From NCBI RefSeq assembly GCF_032191835.1, contig NC_083229.1:134602001-134666000 (forward strand): DNA of 64,000 nucleotides, given 5' to 3'. The notes below the pieces were generated by a model. That model had not been told where the DNA came from and ran no database searches. It saw only the letters and a list, made by a program, of their open reading frames with translations. Below are positions 1-11,135 of this stretch, piece after piece (within the stretch, counting starts at the first letter, position 1; each line of letters opens with the position of its first letter). This DNA is from Heteronotia binoei (taxonomy: Eukaryota). The position numbers were made by a program, and so were the translations under genes.

Positions 1-810
1 TCTCCTTCTGCCTCCTTCCAACTTTTTCTTTGTAGTGGCTGCAGGACGTATCTATTCTGCAAGTGTCACTTGGACTTAATGAAACTACTCAGCCTGTTAC
101 TTCTCCCCACCAAGGACGTGCGGGGACTGGTTAGTTCTCTGAGTTACTGAGGGACTTCTAAAAGGGTGTTCTGCTGATTCACACAAAACTAAAAATCCCA
201 GTTGTTTCTGGGAAGGATGCCATCCAACTGATACCAGTTTTAAGTCCTCCAAGTTTATTATGCAGATGTGGCTATACACACTACAGCAGGAGGAGCTGAA
301 TACTTGAAAGGAGTTGGTGAGTACTGCATTCTTGTCCAATATCTGTCCATTAGACCTATTTCCCAGGATGGTGTAACTGGCAAGGGACACACAACGCAGT
401 GTAAATGATTAACTGAATGCAACATTCTTTCCTATGGTACCAACAAAACAGGAACCTATCACAGAAACCACACACACAAACACAATATTATTCTAGGAGA
501 CATGAACTGACTAGATTGTTTGGTGGTTTTTCAGTTGCTTCACTGACTACCAAAACCATCCTACTGCGGTCTTCTTGAGATACTGAAAGAAATGTATGAT
601 AACTTTTGGTTGCCAAATTGTAAGACTACTAATTGTGAGAGAAAGGTTCTTTTAATATTTTCCTCACATGGTCATTATAGCAAACAAGCAAGCTTAAAAT
701 ACACAAAAGAACTTTCATGTATTCGAACCGTCCCAGTATTTTTAGCATTGAGACAGCAATCACCATGTGTTGTGAAATTCTATTTGTCCTACGCTCATCT
801 TGCCACTCAC

Positions 811-939
811 CTGATTTTTTAATGTATCAATACATTTTCGTAGTTTTCCTAACGTGTTTGAGCTGCTGTACTGTTCTGGTCCAAAGCTATATTGCTGGAT
901 CCAGTTACAACCTTGTGAGTAGAGAAGTTTCTCAGGGAG
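811..939 (-). CDS. OTULINL: OTULINL coding exon (OTU domain), LPEKLLYSQGCNWIQQYSFGPEQYSSSNTLGKLRKCIDTLKNQ; gene continues beyond window start
   Basis: tttcag acceptor, gtgagt donor, 129 nt, phase 0/0; matches human FAM105A LPEKLLFSQGCNWIQQYSFGPEKY rather than OTULIN. Confidence 0.95.
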
Positions 940-1161
940 CTGAAAGAAAAGGATGCAACCAGAGTCACTAGGTTAAGAGTTCAATGGAAAACAAAGATGC
1001 TGAAAGTGAATCAAACTCTTGGGGAAAGCTTGCATCTCCCTCAGCAAAGGAGGCAGGGAGTGACGAAAAAGCAGATTTCCACTGTCTCTCCCCTTACTGT
1101 TTCTTTGCATTATACAAGAAAACATGTTTCTAGGTCAAAATGCATATCCAGTTTTTGGAAA

Positions 1162-4100
1162 TGTTAGCTGCAATGCCAGGTCCATAAACAACAAGACCTC
1201 TGTTCTGTGTGATACCATCAGAGCAAAATGTGGACCTGGCTTGCATGACCGAGACCTGGGCAGGAGATGGTGAAACTGTTGCCTTGAACCAGCTTGATCC
1301 TCTAGGTTTTTCAGTCCTTCACCAGTCCTGGGCCATTGGACAGGGTGGGGGGAATGGAGTTGTGATCTGAGAGTCTATCTCCTTTAGGGCGCTCCCCAGC
1401 CCAAAGACTGCTGGCATGTGTGGGAGGAGAAGGAGAGCTTAGTAGAACATAAGAAAAGCCATGTTGGATCAGGCCAATGGCCCATCCAGTCCAACACTGT
1501 GTCACACAGTGGCCAAAAAACCCAGGTGCCATCAGGAAGTCCAGCAGTGGGACCAGGTCACTAGAAACCCTCACACTGTTGTTAGCTATCTGGCTGGTGC
1601 ACTGACCCACCTAATACACCAGCAGATACCCTGCTGGGTCTGTTGGAGGCTGCCATGGGCTGGGCATTGGAGTTTCCCAAGTTATTGATCTTGGGGGACT
1701 TCAATGTCCATGCTGTGTGGCTGCCTCTACTCAGACCAAGGACCTAGGGCTTTCCATGGCTGCACTGGGGCTCTGCCAGTTTGTAGTAACCCCCACACAG
1801 GGAGCAGGCCACATGCTGGATTTAATTTGGGGGCTGGGGATAAATGTGGATCTGGTGCATACAGATGTGGTGCCATGCTCAGACCACTTCACCCTTAAGG
1901 CCCAGCTGAAGGTTCCACAACCTCCATTTTCCGCTCACCCACATGCATCCGAATGGTTTCCAGAATGCTCTGCAGGAACTGATACCCCCGGCGACTCATT
2001 GGATGAGCTGGTGGAAGATTGGCATAACTGCCTTTCTGAAGCCATTGATGAGATTGCCCCCCCCTCCGCACCCTCTCTGCCCCTGTACCAAACTAGCTCC
2101 GTGGTATACCCCAGAGCAATGAGATGAAATGGGGGCTGAGACAGCTAGAGCGAGAGTGGAGGTGGTATCACGGTGAGGCTGCAAAAACATCTTATAGAGT
2201 GTTTGTGAGAACCTGTGAGGTGGCAGTGAGAGCCACTAAGGAGGATTTTTATGCAACTCTCATTGCATCTGTGAGTTCATGCCCAGCCCAATTATTTAGA
2301 ACCATTCAGTCCTCGACTTCACTGCCGCAGGGCAGACACAATAATAGGGAACTGAACATCAGCTGCGAGGCATTTGAGAGCTTAGTGGATAAAGTTTTGG
2401 CGCTCCACTGCAATCTTCCTGCCATTTGCGAGACAATAGCAGAATTGGAAACTCCTTGGCCATATTCAGGCCCTATTTTGGACCACTTCAGTCAACTCTC
2501 ACTGGAGTAGACTGACAAGGTCCTTGCAGCTGTGAGGCCCACCACTTGATCCGTGCCCATCTTGGCTGGTTAAGGCCTGCAGAGATTCGGTGTGGGCCCC
2601 TCTTTGTGATATCATCAGTTTGTCCCGCGGATTGGGGTTTTTTACAGAGGGGATGAAGAAGGCAGTGGTACGTCCACTCTTGAAGAAACCATCTTTAGAC
2701 CCAATGGTCTTGACCAACTACTGCTCAGGGTCAAACTCCCCATTCCCGGGCAAGGCAGTTGAGAGTGGCAGCTAAACAATTGTAGGTCTTCTTGGATGAT
2801 GCCTCCATCCCGCATCCCTTCCAGTCAGGTTTCTAACCTGCCCATAGGACTGAGACCATTCTGCTCACCTTTACAGATGACCTCTGGAGACAACTGGATC
2901 AAGGTGGGTTGGTGCTGCTGCTGCTTCTCAATCTGAGAGCAGCATTTGACATGGTTGAGCACAATCTTCTGGCCCATTGTCTCACCAATGCAAAGATTCA
3001 GGGGTTTGCCCTGAAATGACTTTCCTCCTTTCTTGGGGACAGATGGTGGTGCTGGGGGAGAGGGTTTCTCCATAGCCCCAGAGGACTGCAGGGCCCATCA
3101 GAGGGCGATTCTCTCCCTGATGTTTTTCACATCTGTATGTACCCCCTCCACCAGTTGTTCCAGGCGTATGGGATAGGGTGCCATCAATATGTATATGACA
3201 CCCAGCTCTGCTAATGACAGCTGGATGTGGCCCCAGATGTTTTGGACAGGGCCCTGGAAGCTGTGGCTGGATGGCTACAAAAGAGCCAACTGAAGCTAAA
3301 CCCAACGAAGATGGAGGTCCTGTACCTGAGTCTCAGAGGACCGGATATGGAAATACGGTCCCCAGCCCTGGGCAGGGCATCTTTGACACCAATGCAGAGG
3401 GTGCAGAGCCTGGGGGTCGTACTGGATGCCTCCTTATCTATGGAGGCCCAGATCATTGCAGCTACCGAATCAGAGTTTTTTCCATCTGCAGCAGGCACAG
3501 CAACTAGTTCCACACCTTTCTACTTGCGACCTAGCTACGGTGACCCATGCAATGGTCACTTCCAGAATGGACTCTACATAGGCCTACTCTTGCATCTGGC
3601 CCAGAAACTGCAGTGGGTGCAGAATGCAGCAGTGCGGATGCTGACTAGGATGTCTTTGCAGACTCTCATCTAGCCTGCGCGCCAAGAACTGCACCAGTTG
3701 CCAATACAGTTCTGAATCTGTTTCAAGGTACTGGTATTAGCCTTCAAGGCCTTAAGCAGCCAGAGACCAGCATACATGTGGAAATGCCTCTCCCACCGAG
3801 CCTTGTGCTCATTAGATCAACACTTACTGGTGATCCTTGGCCCTAAGGATGTCCACTTGGCCCAAGCGGGGTGGGGGCATTTTCAGCCCTGGCCCCAACC
3901 TGGTGGAATGAGCTCCCACTGGAGAGTAGGCTCCACAGGACCTTCTGCAAGACCGCGCTCTTCCGCCAGGCTTTTGCATGAGGCCACAGATGTCAAAATA
4001 CCATCTGGCCCCTCCAGCCCAGCTTTGTTGTTAATTTACTAACTCCTGAGATCCTAACTCCTGCGGATAGAACTGGCAACCTGCACAAATGTGACAAAAC

Positions 4101-4253
4101 TGACATTGGGACATTGGTATAATATAGTCTGTGCATCATTTTTAGAGTGGGATATACTATGTTTTAAAGCTGATTTTTTATTTTAATCAATGTTGTAACC
4201 TGCCCTGAGCCTCTTCACAGGAAGGGTGGGATAAAATTCCAATAAAATAAATA
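1162..4253 (+). mobile_element. Degenerate near-full-length L2 LINE (APE endonuclease, RT, 3' tail) in an OTULINL intron
   Basis: remnants DLACMTETW, LGDFNVHA, THMLDL, LNPTKMEV, QNAAVRML; tail gccctgagcc..gggtgggataaaa; many stops and frameshifts. Confidence 0.9.
1444..1580 (-). mobile_element. CR1-type 3' tail fragment nested in the L2
   Basis: agaacataagaaaagccatgttggatcaggccaatggcccatccagtcc is the reverse complement of the CR1 tail at 60780-60850. Confidence 0.8.
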
Positions 4254-4405
4254 CATAAGTTGAGCTAGCAGAACAGTGACCACCCTCCAGACTTGCCTCT
4301 ACTTTGGCCTATGCTGGTTTTTTAAAAAACAAAGGAACTGCACTTGGAGAAGATACAACAGACAAACCATTCACTGTGTGTGCCACCATTTATTTCACAA
4401 CCCAC

Positions 4406-4555
4406 CTTTAGAACATCGACTGCCTTCATCCATGGTGGAAGAGGGATACCTTGGCTGAATATCTGAAACAACACAGCTCTCAACACGCAGTAGTTATCTC
4501 TTCTTACTTCGCGTATATATTTTATATGATGCCTCCAAAACAGGTCTTCATAAGC
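4406..4555 (-). CDS. OTULINL: OTULINL coding exon, AYEDLFWRHHIKYIREVRRDNYCVLRAVLFQIFSQGIPLPPWMKAVDVLK
   Basis: 150 nt, AG/GT, phase 0/0; matches human AYEELFWRHHIKCVRQVRRDNYDALRSVLFQIFSQG. Confidence 0.95.
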
Positions 4556-5908
4556 CTTTAAAAAAGGGACATATATAACAAACTAAATTTCTTGATCTTC
4601 CTAGCTGGTTGTGTCATGAGGTAAATTCAGGGCACTGATTCTGGGCACCGTTAGCAGCAAGGCAGGAGGGCAACGACAGAACCCACCCACCTGTTCAGAG
4701 TATTTACATCCCCCACACACCTTTTCTCCCGTAGACTCTCCCCGAGACAAGGCAGCTAAATGCACACAAGCTAGAAACACAGCCGACTCTACCCCAACAA
4801 TTTACTCTCCACTAAGAGTTCTTTCAAATAATACTGTCCTGCAGGCCTTTTTAAATGTAGCCAGGGAAGGAGCCTTCTATACCCATTCTGGCAGGCCACT
4901 CCACAGATACACCAGCAAGAAAGCCTGTGATGACCTCATTGTCACCATACGGACAATCCTAAGAGGGCCTCACTTGGAAAATGGAAACAGAGTCCAGCAG
5001 CACCTTTAAGACCAGCGTTTTATTCAAGGTATGAATTTTTGAATTTATGCACACTGCCTCAGATACATAGAAGCGGAAGAGTAATTGGAGAGTTAATTGG
5101 CAGAGCCTGGGAAAGAGATCCTGTGCAAGGAAATGGGTGCCGCCTCGGCAAGACCACAGTTGCCTTCTCATGCAGGTGTGATGCAGGCAAGAGAACTTGC
5201 TACTTGGCTGGGAGCCACACCACAGAAACGAGCAGCAAGAGGCCACAATTTAGCTTTTCCAGCTCAGACAACTCAAAATTTTTCAGACCAACCTGAGAAA
5301 CATTCTGTTCCTACAGAAAGGACTGGATTAATTACTATGCTTTAATCATAACAAAATTCCTGTGTGCATCAGAACAACAGGGAAGCCACCTTGACCCACC
5401 ACACTGGGAAAACCCAAACTAATAGTTGTGTTTCCACAGCTGAAGGACGGAGAACACAGCTGTGGTCTAGTAGCTTGCATGCAGACACGCACATGTTCAG
5501 ACTTACTTCCGCTTTGAGGTCAATATTTCCTTCCACACAATAGTGAACTTCCATGAAAAATGCTTTCCATCTTAAAGAGCCCAAGAAAGAAGATACTGGA
5601 TTGGATTTATATCCCACCCTATACTCTGATGAAGCCAGTGTTGCTGATGCAGGGTAGAGTTGGGAGGCAAGGGAGGAGGTGAGTATTGTGTCTTCTGGAT
5701 GGCAGAGACAATCCTTCATTTTACCTCCTACGTGACCATTCAGACTGGTGCACCCAGCAGATGTTCTACCCACTGAGCCACAGCCCATGTCCAAACCAGC
5801 AAGGCACTTGAATCCCCCAAAAGGAAACCCTCCTTTCTGATTTGGCTTGGAATAGGCCAAGCTCAGCCAACCATTCTGGTGCTTCCTTCACTCCTCAATA
5901 ACTCTTAC

Positions 5909-6000
5909 TTCTCTCATCTTCCTGTCTTGCTCTGTTTCTCCTTTCCATTTCTGTGCACAGTAACCGAGCAGGTCAACTTCAGCCAGGACAGAGTGGTTCC
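5909..6000 (-). CDS. OTULINL: OTULINL coding exon, (R)NHSVLAEVDLLGYCAQKWKGETEQDRKMRE
   Basis: 92 nt, ttag acceptor, gtaaga donor, phase 1/0; matches human RNLSVEAEVDLLSYCAREWKGET. Confidence 0.93.
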
Positions 6001-6099
6001 CTAAATCGAGCACAGATATTAGTAAAAAAAAGTAGATTTGTTTAAAATGTAATACAGAGGACAGGGGAAGGGGGACTTAAAAACAAAAACAAATTTTAC

Positions 6100-6131
6100 T
6101 TATGAATTTTCTCTGCAGGTATCTGCTCCAC
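6100..6131 (-). CDS. OTULINL: OTULINL 32-nt exon, (W)WSRYLQRKFI
   Basis: ttcag acceptor, gtaaaa donor, phase 2/1; matches human WWIGYLQRKFK. Confidence 0.9.
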
Positions 6132-6484
6132 CTGAAAGTCAAACAGAAAGGGCAGTCAGAGAGCCGCCAGCAGCAGCGAGCAAACACCAATCATGTCGCA
6201 AAGTGGAGAGCAGGAGGGCCAAAGACCAACAGAAGGAAGGATTTCTTCATGCAACATACAACTTATCAGCCCACTGGCAGACAATGCAGTTGTGGTCACT
6301 GAAGGTTTGTTGATGTCTTTGAGAGAAATTAGAGAAACTGAGAATCGTGCTGATACCCGTTGCTCAGGAGAAATGGAACTCTATGTAAACTAATGCTGAA
6401 TAATGTACTTTCAGCTGACTTCCAATGTGCTCTAGCAATTGCTTGCAAGTGGATTTTGCCATTTCATACAACAAAAACCAGCAG

Positions 6485-6613
6485 TTTCACACACATTGAA
6501 TAATGCACTTTCAATGCCCTTTTCAACTGGATTTTTCTGTGAGAAAACAGCAAAATCCGCTTGCAAATGATTGCTGCAGTGGATTGAAAGTGCATTATCC
6601 AGCATGTGTGAAA
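6485..6613. mobile_element. Short palindromic MITE-like element
   Basis: about 31-bp imperfect inverted arms tttcacacacattgaataatgcactttcaat / attgaaagtgcattatccagcatgtgtgaaa. Confidence 0.6.
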
Positions 6614-6781
6614 GTACAGTAAATAAACAGGCTGTTTCACTGGATAGCGCAGAGAAGTCATCACTCTCACGCTGTCTGTGAGTCTGCAGGGCCACGAGAG
6701 TGGCTGCCTTAGAAACAGAGCACCACACGAGATGGCAGAGCAAGGAAGTTCTCAGGGAAACCACTCCCAGTTTAAACCTAC

Positions 6782-6852
6782 CATTTCAACAGATGAGCTA
6801 GATACGTATACAGCTGCCTGCAGTACCAGAGAGCAGCCGTGAGAAGAGGCAT
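6782..6852 (-). CDS. OTULINL: OTULINL exon 2 coding part from first in-frame ATG, MPLLTAALWYCRQLYTYLAHLLK(W); exon acceptor at 6929
   Basis: donor TG|gtaggt in phase 2 joins the 32-nt exon; similar to human AAICYFRRLHLYSGHKLKW; the start codon choice is inferred because of in-frame TAG at 6925-6927. Confidence 0.7.
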
Positions 6853-8478
6853 GCTTGACTCAGTCAGTCTCTTTACAGCTCCGAAGGTGTGGAGGGCAGC
6901 TCCACTCCAAGACTGCAACTCATTCTATCCTAAAAGGGGGGGAGGGGAGAGAGAGAAAGTAATAAGCTTCACAGTGTTTGCAAGAGATAAAGGTCATTAT
7001 TCACATCATTCTGGACAGGATCACTTCCAGGTCTCCTCCCAGGCAGACTAGCCCATTCACACCTCCACAGAAGCACGGAGAAACAGCCCTTCCAATATGC
7101 ACAGCTGGGGGGCAGCCAGAATGTGTCTCCTAATGTGTTCGTTTGAGGATCCCTCTGCCCAGTACGCAGGGGTAGCAATTCACCAGGGAAGCTAGAAAAG
7201 AGAAGCAGACGACACATATTGAAGCTGATGGGGTTAGTGAGGACTGGTTAAAGGCGGGCTATGTTTAGCTCCAGATGGGTGAAAACAGATGCCAGGCTTG
7301 TCAAATATTATCAGATCCAGCTGTTTGCTAGCCAAGAGTACTGTATGAAAAAAGGAAGACAAAATATACCCCTTATCAAAAAAGAGACTTAAATAGCAGC
7401 TTATCAAACAGCAACTTAATCAGCTCTTGCAAAAGTCAGATACATATCCGAACAGGCCTCAAATGATGTTAAATCATTTTGCCTTTGAAGCAATATTTGC
7501 AAGGGAGATGCAAGCTGCAGGAGATGCAGACCTCGCAAAAAAGGGAAGGGCTTCAAACAAAATATACACCAAAGCCTGGACTTTGGATTCTGGCTGTTCC
7601 AAAAGAAGGAAGAGAAACAGAATCTTTGTCTGTGTTTGCATGTCACACCCAGGATTTGTGGCAGGCAGCAGAATTCACTTGTCAGCCTTCAGCTGGCGGG
7701 GAAAGCAAGGCCTACTGCAAACCTGTGGCTCAGAGCCACACCTGCCCGTGAGGCTGCGTTCCTGCTGCAAAGATGTGGCATAACCCCAACATTCAGATCT
7801 CAGTCTTTTGCTTCTGAAAATCTGAAGCCCCTTGCTGGTAGGTGTGCTGCTGGGCGCAATATAATCCTCAGGAGTGACTCTGGTGCAGGGGGTCTCCAAC
7901 GCGGTGTCCGAGAGCACCATGGTGCCCAGCAAGGGTTTTTAGAAGGGGGGGGGCACTTGGGATCTTGAGCCATCACTAGCGCTTCTGGCTGTTCCCTAGA
8001 GATCTGATTGGCTGTGCAGATTGCAATAATGTTGTTTCAGCAGCAGCTGCTACCAGCATTGGTTTTATTCTCTCTCACTCCTCTTCCTCAATATTCTAAT
8101 GACTACCCTTCTCCCCTGCACTTGGGCTTCCCCAGGGTGGTTGGCTCCGCCTCCTGCAACAGCTGTTTTGTGATTGGCTCTGGTGGCAGCCATCCTGTGG
8201 CTTCACCCACCACCCAACGTTGGAATTCCAAAGCTGTTCAGAGGCACAAAAAAGCTGGGGACCCCCCTGCTACAAAGCATTTCAGGCGGCTGGATCCAAG
8301 TGTCTGTTTCTTCTCTTGTACCAACATTACCATGGGATCCTTTGAAGCTACCTTGACGGCTGTGCACAAAGCAGAACTGAGGATGAAGTTAAAACTTGCT
8401 CCGATTCATTTGGCCACTCCCCAGGGCTACAAACTCACACAAACACCTGCAGCTGCCTGATACTGAGCCCAACCACTA

Positions 8479-8785
8479 AGAACATAAGAGAAACCATGCT
8501 GGGTCAGGCCAATGGCCCTTCCAGTCACACAGTGGCCAAAACAACCCAGATGCCATCAAGAGGTCCACCAGTGGGGCCAGGACACTAGAAGGCCTCCCAC
8601 TGTTGCCCCCCAAGCACCAAGAATACAGAGCATCTCTGACCCAGACAGAGAGTTCCAACAATACACTGTGGCTAAGAGCCCCAGATGGACCTCTGCTCCA
8701 TATCCAATCCCCTCTTGAAGCTGTCTATGCTTGCAGCCGCCACCACCTCCTGTGGCAGTGAATTCCATGTGTTAACCACCCTGGT
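8479..8785 (-). mobile_element. CR1 3' end fragment
   Basis: homologous to reverse complement of 60540-60850, including the tail and the ggaattcactg motif. Confidence 0.8.
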
Positions 8786-8869
8786 CCCTCAAGGTCAGTC
8801 TTCTCTATTCAGACGGGCAGTGGTTCTCCAGGTCTCAAGCAGAGGTCTTCCATGTCAGCTACTACCTGG

Positions 8870-8950
8870 TCAATTCAGTGGGCAAGGTCAGGGATTGAAC
8901 CTGGGACCTTCTGCATGCCAAGCAAATGCTCCACCACTGTGCCACTGCCC
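8870..8950 (-). mobile_element. tRNA-derived SINE head fragment
   Basis: gggattgaacctgggaccttctgcatg (pol III B-box ggttcaatccc on minus), same family as 47262-47462. Confidence 0.65.
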
Positions 8951-9299
8951 ACTCCCTCTTCTGCAATGCTGGGCCACACATCTGTCCCTTCATTGTTCAA
9001 AAAAGGGCCTGTAAGCAGGTGCAGCCTTTCCCCTTCCCCTGGCATCAAGGCCAACGGGATGAATAACAAATGAGACTGGAAGTTCTCACTCAAAGGAAGG
9101 GGAAAGACCGTGGGGGAACATTTCTGATCAAGAAGAACTTTTATGCTTTCTACTACCCCAAAGCGTTTGTTGGCTGTTCATAGAGAAGATGTATCTGTAG
9201 CTTGTATGGCACAGCAATCTAAGAAATGTCCCCCTGTGTTCTTCTGATTCACTACTCCAGACCACAGAAGTCAATTAAACTCCCTCTTCAGACCTAAGA

Positions 9300-10460
9300 G
9301 GACGGAATGGATGGGAGGGGGCGGTCTTGTTTCTCAGGCACTGACCTCTCATGCTGAACTCCTGGGGGCGCCTCCAGCGGGTTCTCTCGGGAAGGCTGAC
9401 GGGGCGACTGAAAGAGCGGCTTCCTGCCTAGCCGGAGGAGAGGCCCCTCCTGGGGTTGGGCCTTTTGGCAAGAAGCGGGAGACGCTGCTTCCCTGGAAGA
9501 GCCTGCTGCTGCTGCTGCTGCTGCTGCTCTGCCGCTTTGGGGCTGGAAAGGCTGGCAGGAGCAGGGGGGGGGGCGCAGTCCTTCTAGCGGCTCGGCAGCC
9601 CCACTGAGCAGCGCGCGAGGCCTCGGGGGTCCCCAGCTCCTCCTCTGAGCCGCCGCCGCCGCAGAGCCGAAGGCGCAGCCCCCTCCACGCCCAGAGCCCG
9701 GCTGCCCCGCTCTTGCTCGAAAGCAGCCGCGGCTTCTGCCCCCCGCCCAGCCCGGCCGGAGCCTCACCTGCCCGCCACGCCACGAGGAGGAGGAGGACGC
9801 AGCCTCCAGCCGCAGCAGCGCCCGCCCCGCCCCGCCCCAATGGCCGGCGCTGCGGGGAGAGGCGGAGCCGGGCGGAGGAGCGCCGCTGGGGGAACCTCCC
9901 GGTGCAAAGCTCAGGCTCTCGGGGGCGGGCGCGCCGACTCTCCTCTGGGGGAACCTGCTGCTCCACTTGCAGCTGCTGGCCCGGCCTTGGGGCAGCCCGA
10001 GCTCCCTCGCAGGGATTCTGCCCTCCTCCTCCTTCCTTCTCCCCGCGGAGCCCCGAACAAGGCGCTTTGCACGAGCCCCTCACAGCTGCTCTGGCCGGGA
10101 GGCCTCCTCCCGCTCGCCCGCTCCACGAAGCCCCGAGATCAGCCGGCGGCCTTCTCCCCCCCCCCCCCCGCAGGGCCTCCAGCGCGGGCTGCACCAGCCA
10201 GAAAGAGCACTTTCCCCACGCACGTGTCCCCGGGATGGCCAACCGCGCGCCAAATCCTCCCCCTGCTGCTGCTGCTGCTGCTCTTGCGGCCTGGAGGGAG
10301 CATCGCTGCTGATCTGCCTAGGAAGAGCCCCCTCCCCTTCGGGCAGGATCCGAGGCCTGCAGGCTCCTCTGACACAGGAGCTACATTTCCCAGGACCTCT
10401 CCTGTCCCTTTTTGAGGGCATCTGGGAAGGGGCCTTGAGAGCCGAGCCTTGCTCGGTCTT
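9300..10460 (-). promoter_or_regulatory. CpG island promoter of OTULINL with tandem GC boxes (GGGGCGGGGCGGGGCGGG, about 9821-9838) and CCAAT box (9837-9841)
   Basis: sharp rise in GC and CpG density relative to CpG-depleted flanks; motifs seen directly. Confidence 0.8.
9768..9822 (-). other. OTULINL: Probable OTULINL exon 1, apparently non-coding
   Basis: strong donor gcag|gtgagg at 9768 inside CpG island, directly downstream of CCAAT and GC boxes; no ATG between the boxes and the donor; TSS position inferred. Confidence 0.55.
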
Positions 10461-10612
10461 GTGCACCTTGTCTTGACGGGAAGGAACTAATACGTGTTTT
10501 AAGCAAACAAAAACATTCCTAAGTCACAGTCCGCTCTTTTTCTTTACTGCTGAGAGCTCCTTACAAAACAGGAAAACCCTTCAACTTCTGCCACCCATTT
10601 TGCAAAGACTTA

Positions 10613-11135
10613 GGCCATTTTCGCACTAGCGTTTACTCCGGCGTAGCACCCCATTTACCTCCGGATCTTTTCCTGGTTTTCGCACCTGTTGCTCCGGCGC
10701 TGCGTCTTGCTCCGGTGCTGCAGGGGTTTCACGCCGGAGTATCTAGATCCACCTACTTCCGGAGTTTTTGAATAAAGCAACGCCATAGTCTCATCATCTG
10801 GATTCTCCATGCTTCTGACGATACAAGGCAGTGTGGATGATGCTGCTGCAGCCAATACTTAACCAGAAGCGTCACGTGATGGTTTGCCCGCGAAAAGGGG
10901 ATTCTCTTGTTACATTGTTACGTAGTTACGTTGTTACGCAACTGGAATTGCGCTTAAAAAAAAAAAGATTGACATGGCATCGAAGTCAATTCGATGCCAG
11001 TGCGAAAACGATTTGAGCCGGGGCTTCAGGGAACGCGACTCCGCAAAAGAGTCACTAGTGCGAAAACAAGGAAAATGAGCCGGACATAATTGCGCCGCGG
11101 AATAAGGGGAGCAAACGCTAAGTGCGAAAACGGCC
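10613..11135. mobile_element. PIF/Harbinger-type MITE
   Basis: TIRs ggccattttcgcact / agtgcgaaaacggcc; TTA target duplication at 10610-10612 and 11136-11138; internal repeats of agtgcgaaaac. Confidence 0.8.

Noticed and set aside
5496-5570. Exon-like segment on minus with a GTAAGT donor (WKAFFMEVHYCVEGNIDLKAE)
   Set aside because: The flanking OTULINL exons already join in phase and match the human protein with no gap; no homology recognised. At most a cryptic exon.
811-6852. Possibility that the gene is OTULIN because of the DNYC motif
   Set aside because: All five exons match OTULINL-specific sequence and the position directly after TRIO is that of OTULINL.
9294-10476. Multiple long overlapping ORFs (157-297 aa) on both strands
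   Set aside because: Low-complexity Ala/Gly/Pro/Arg frames expected from stop-poor CpG-island DNA; no recognisable domain.
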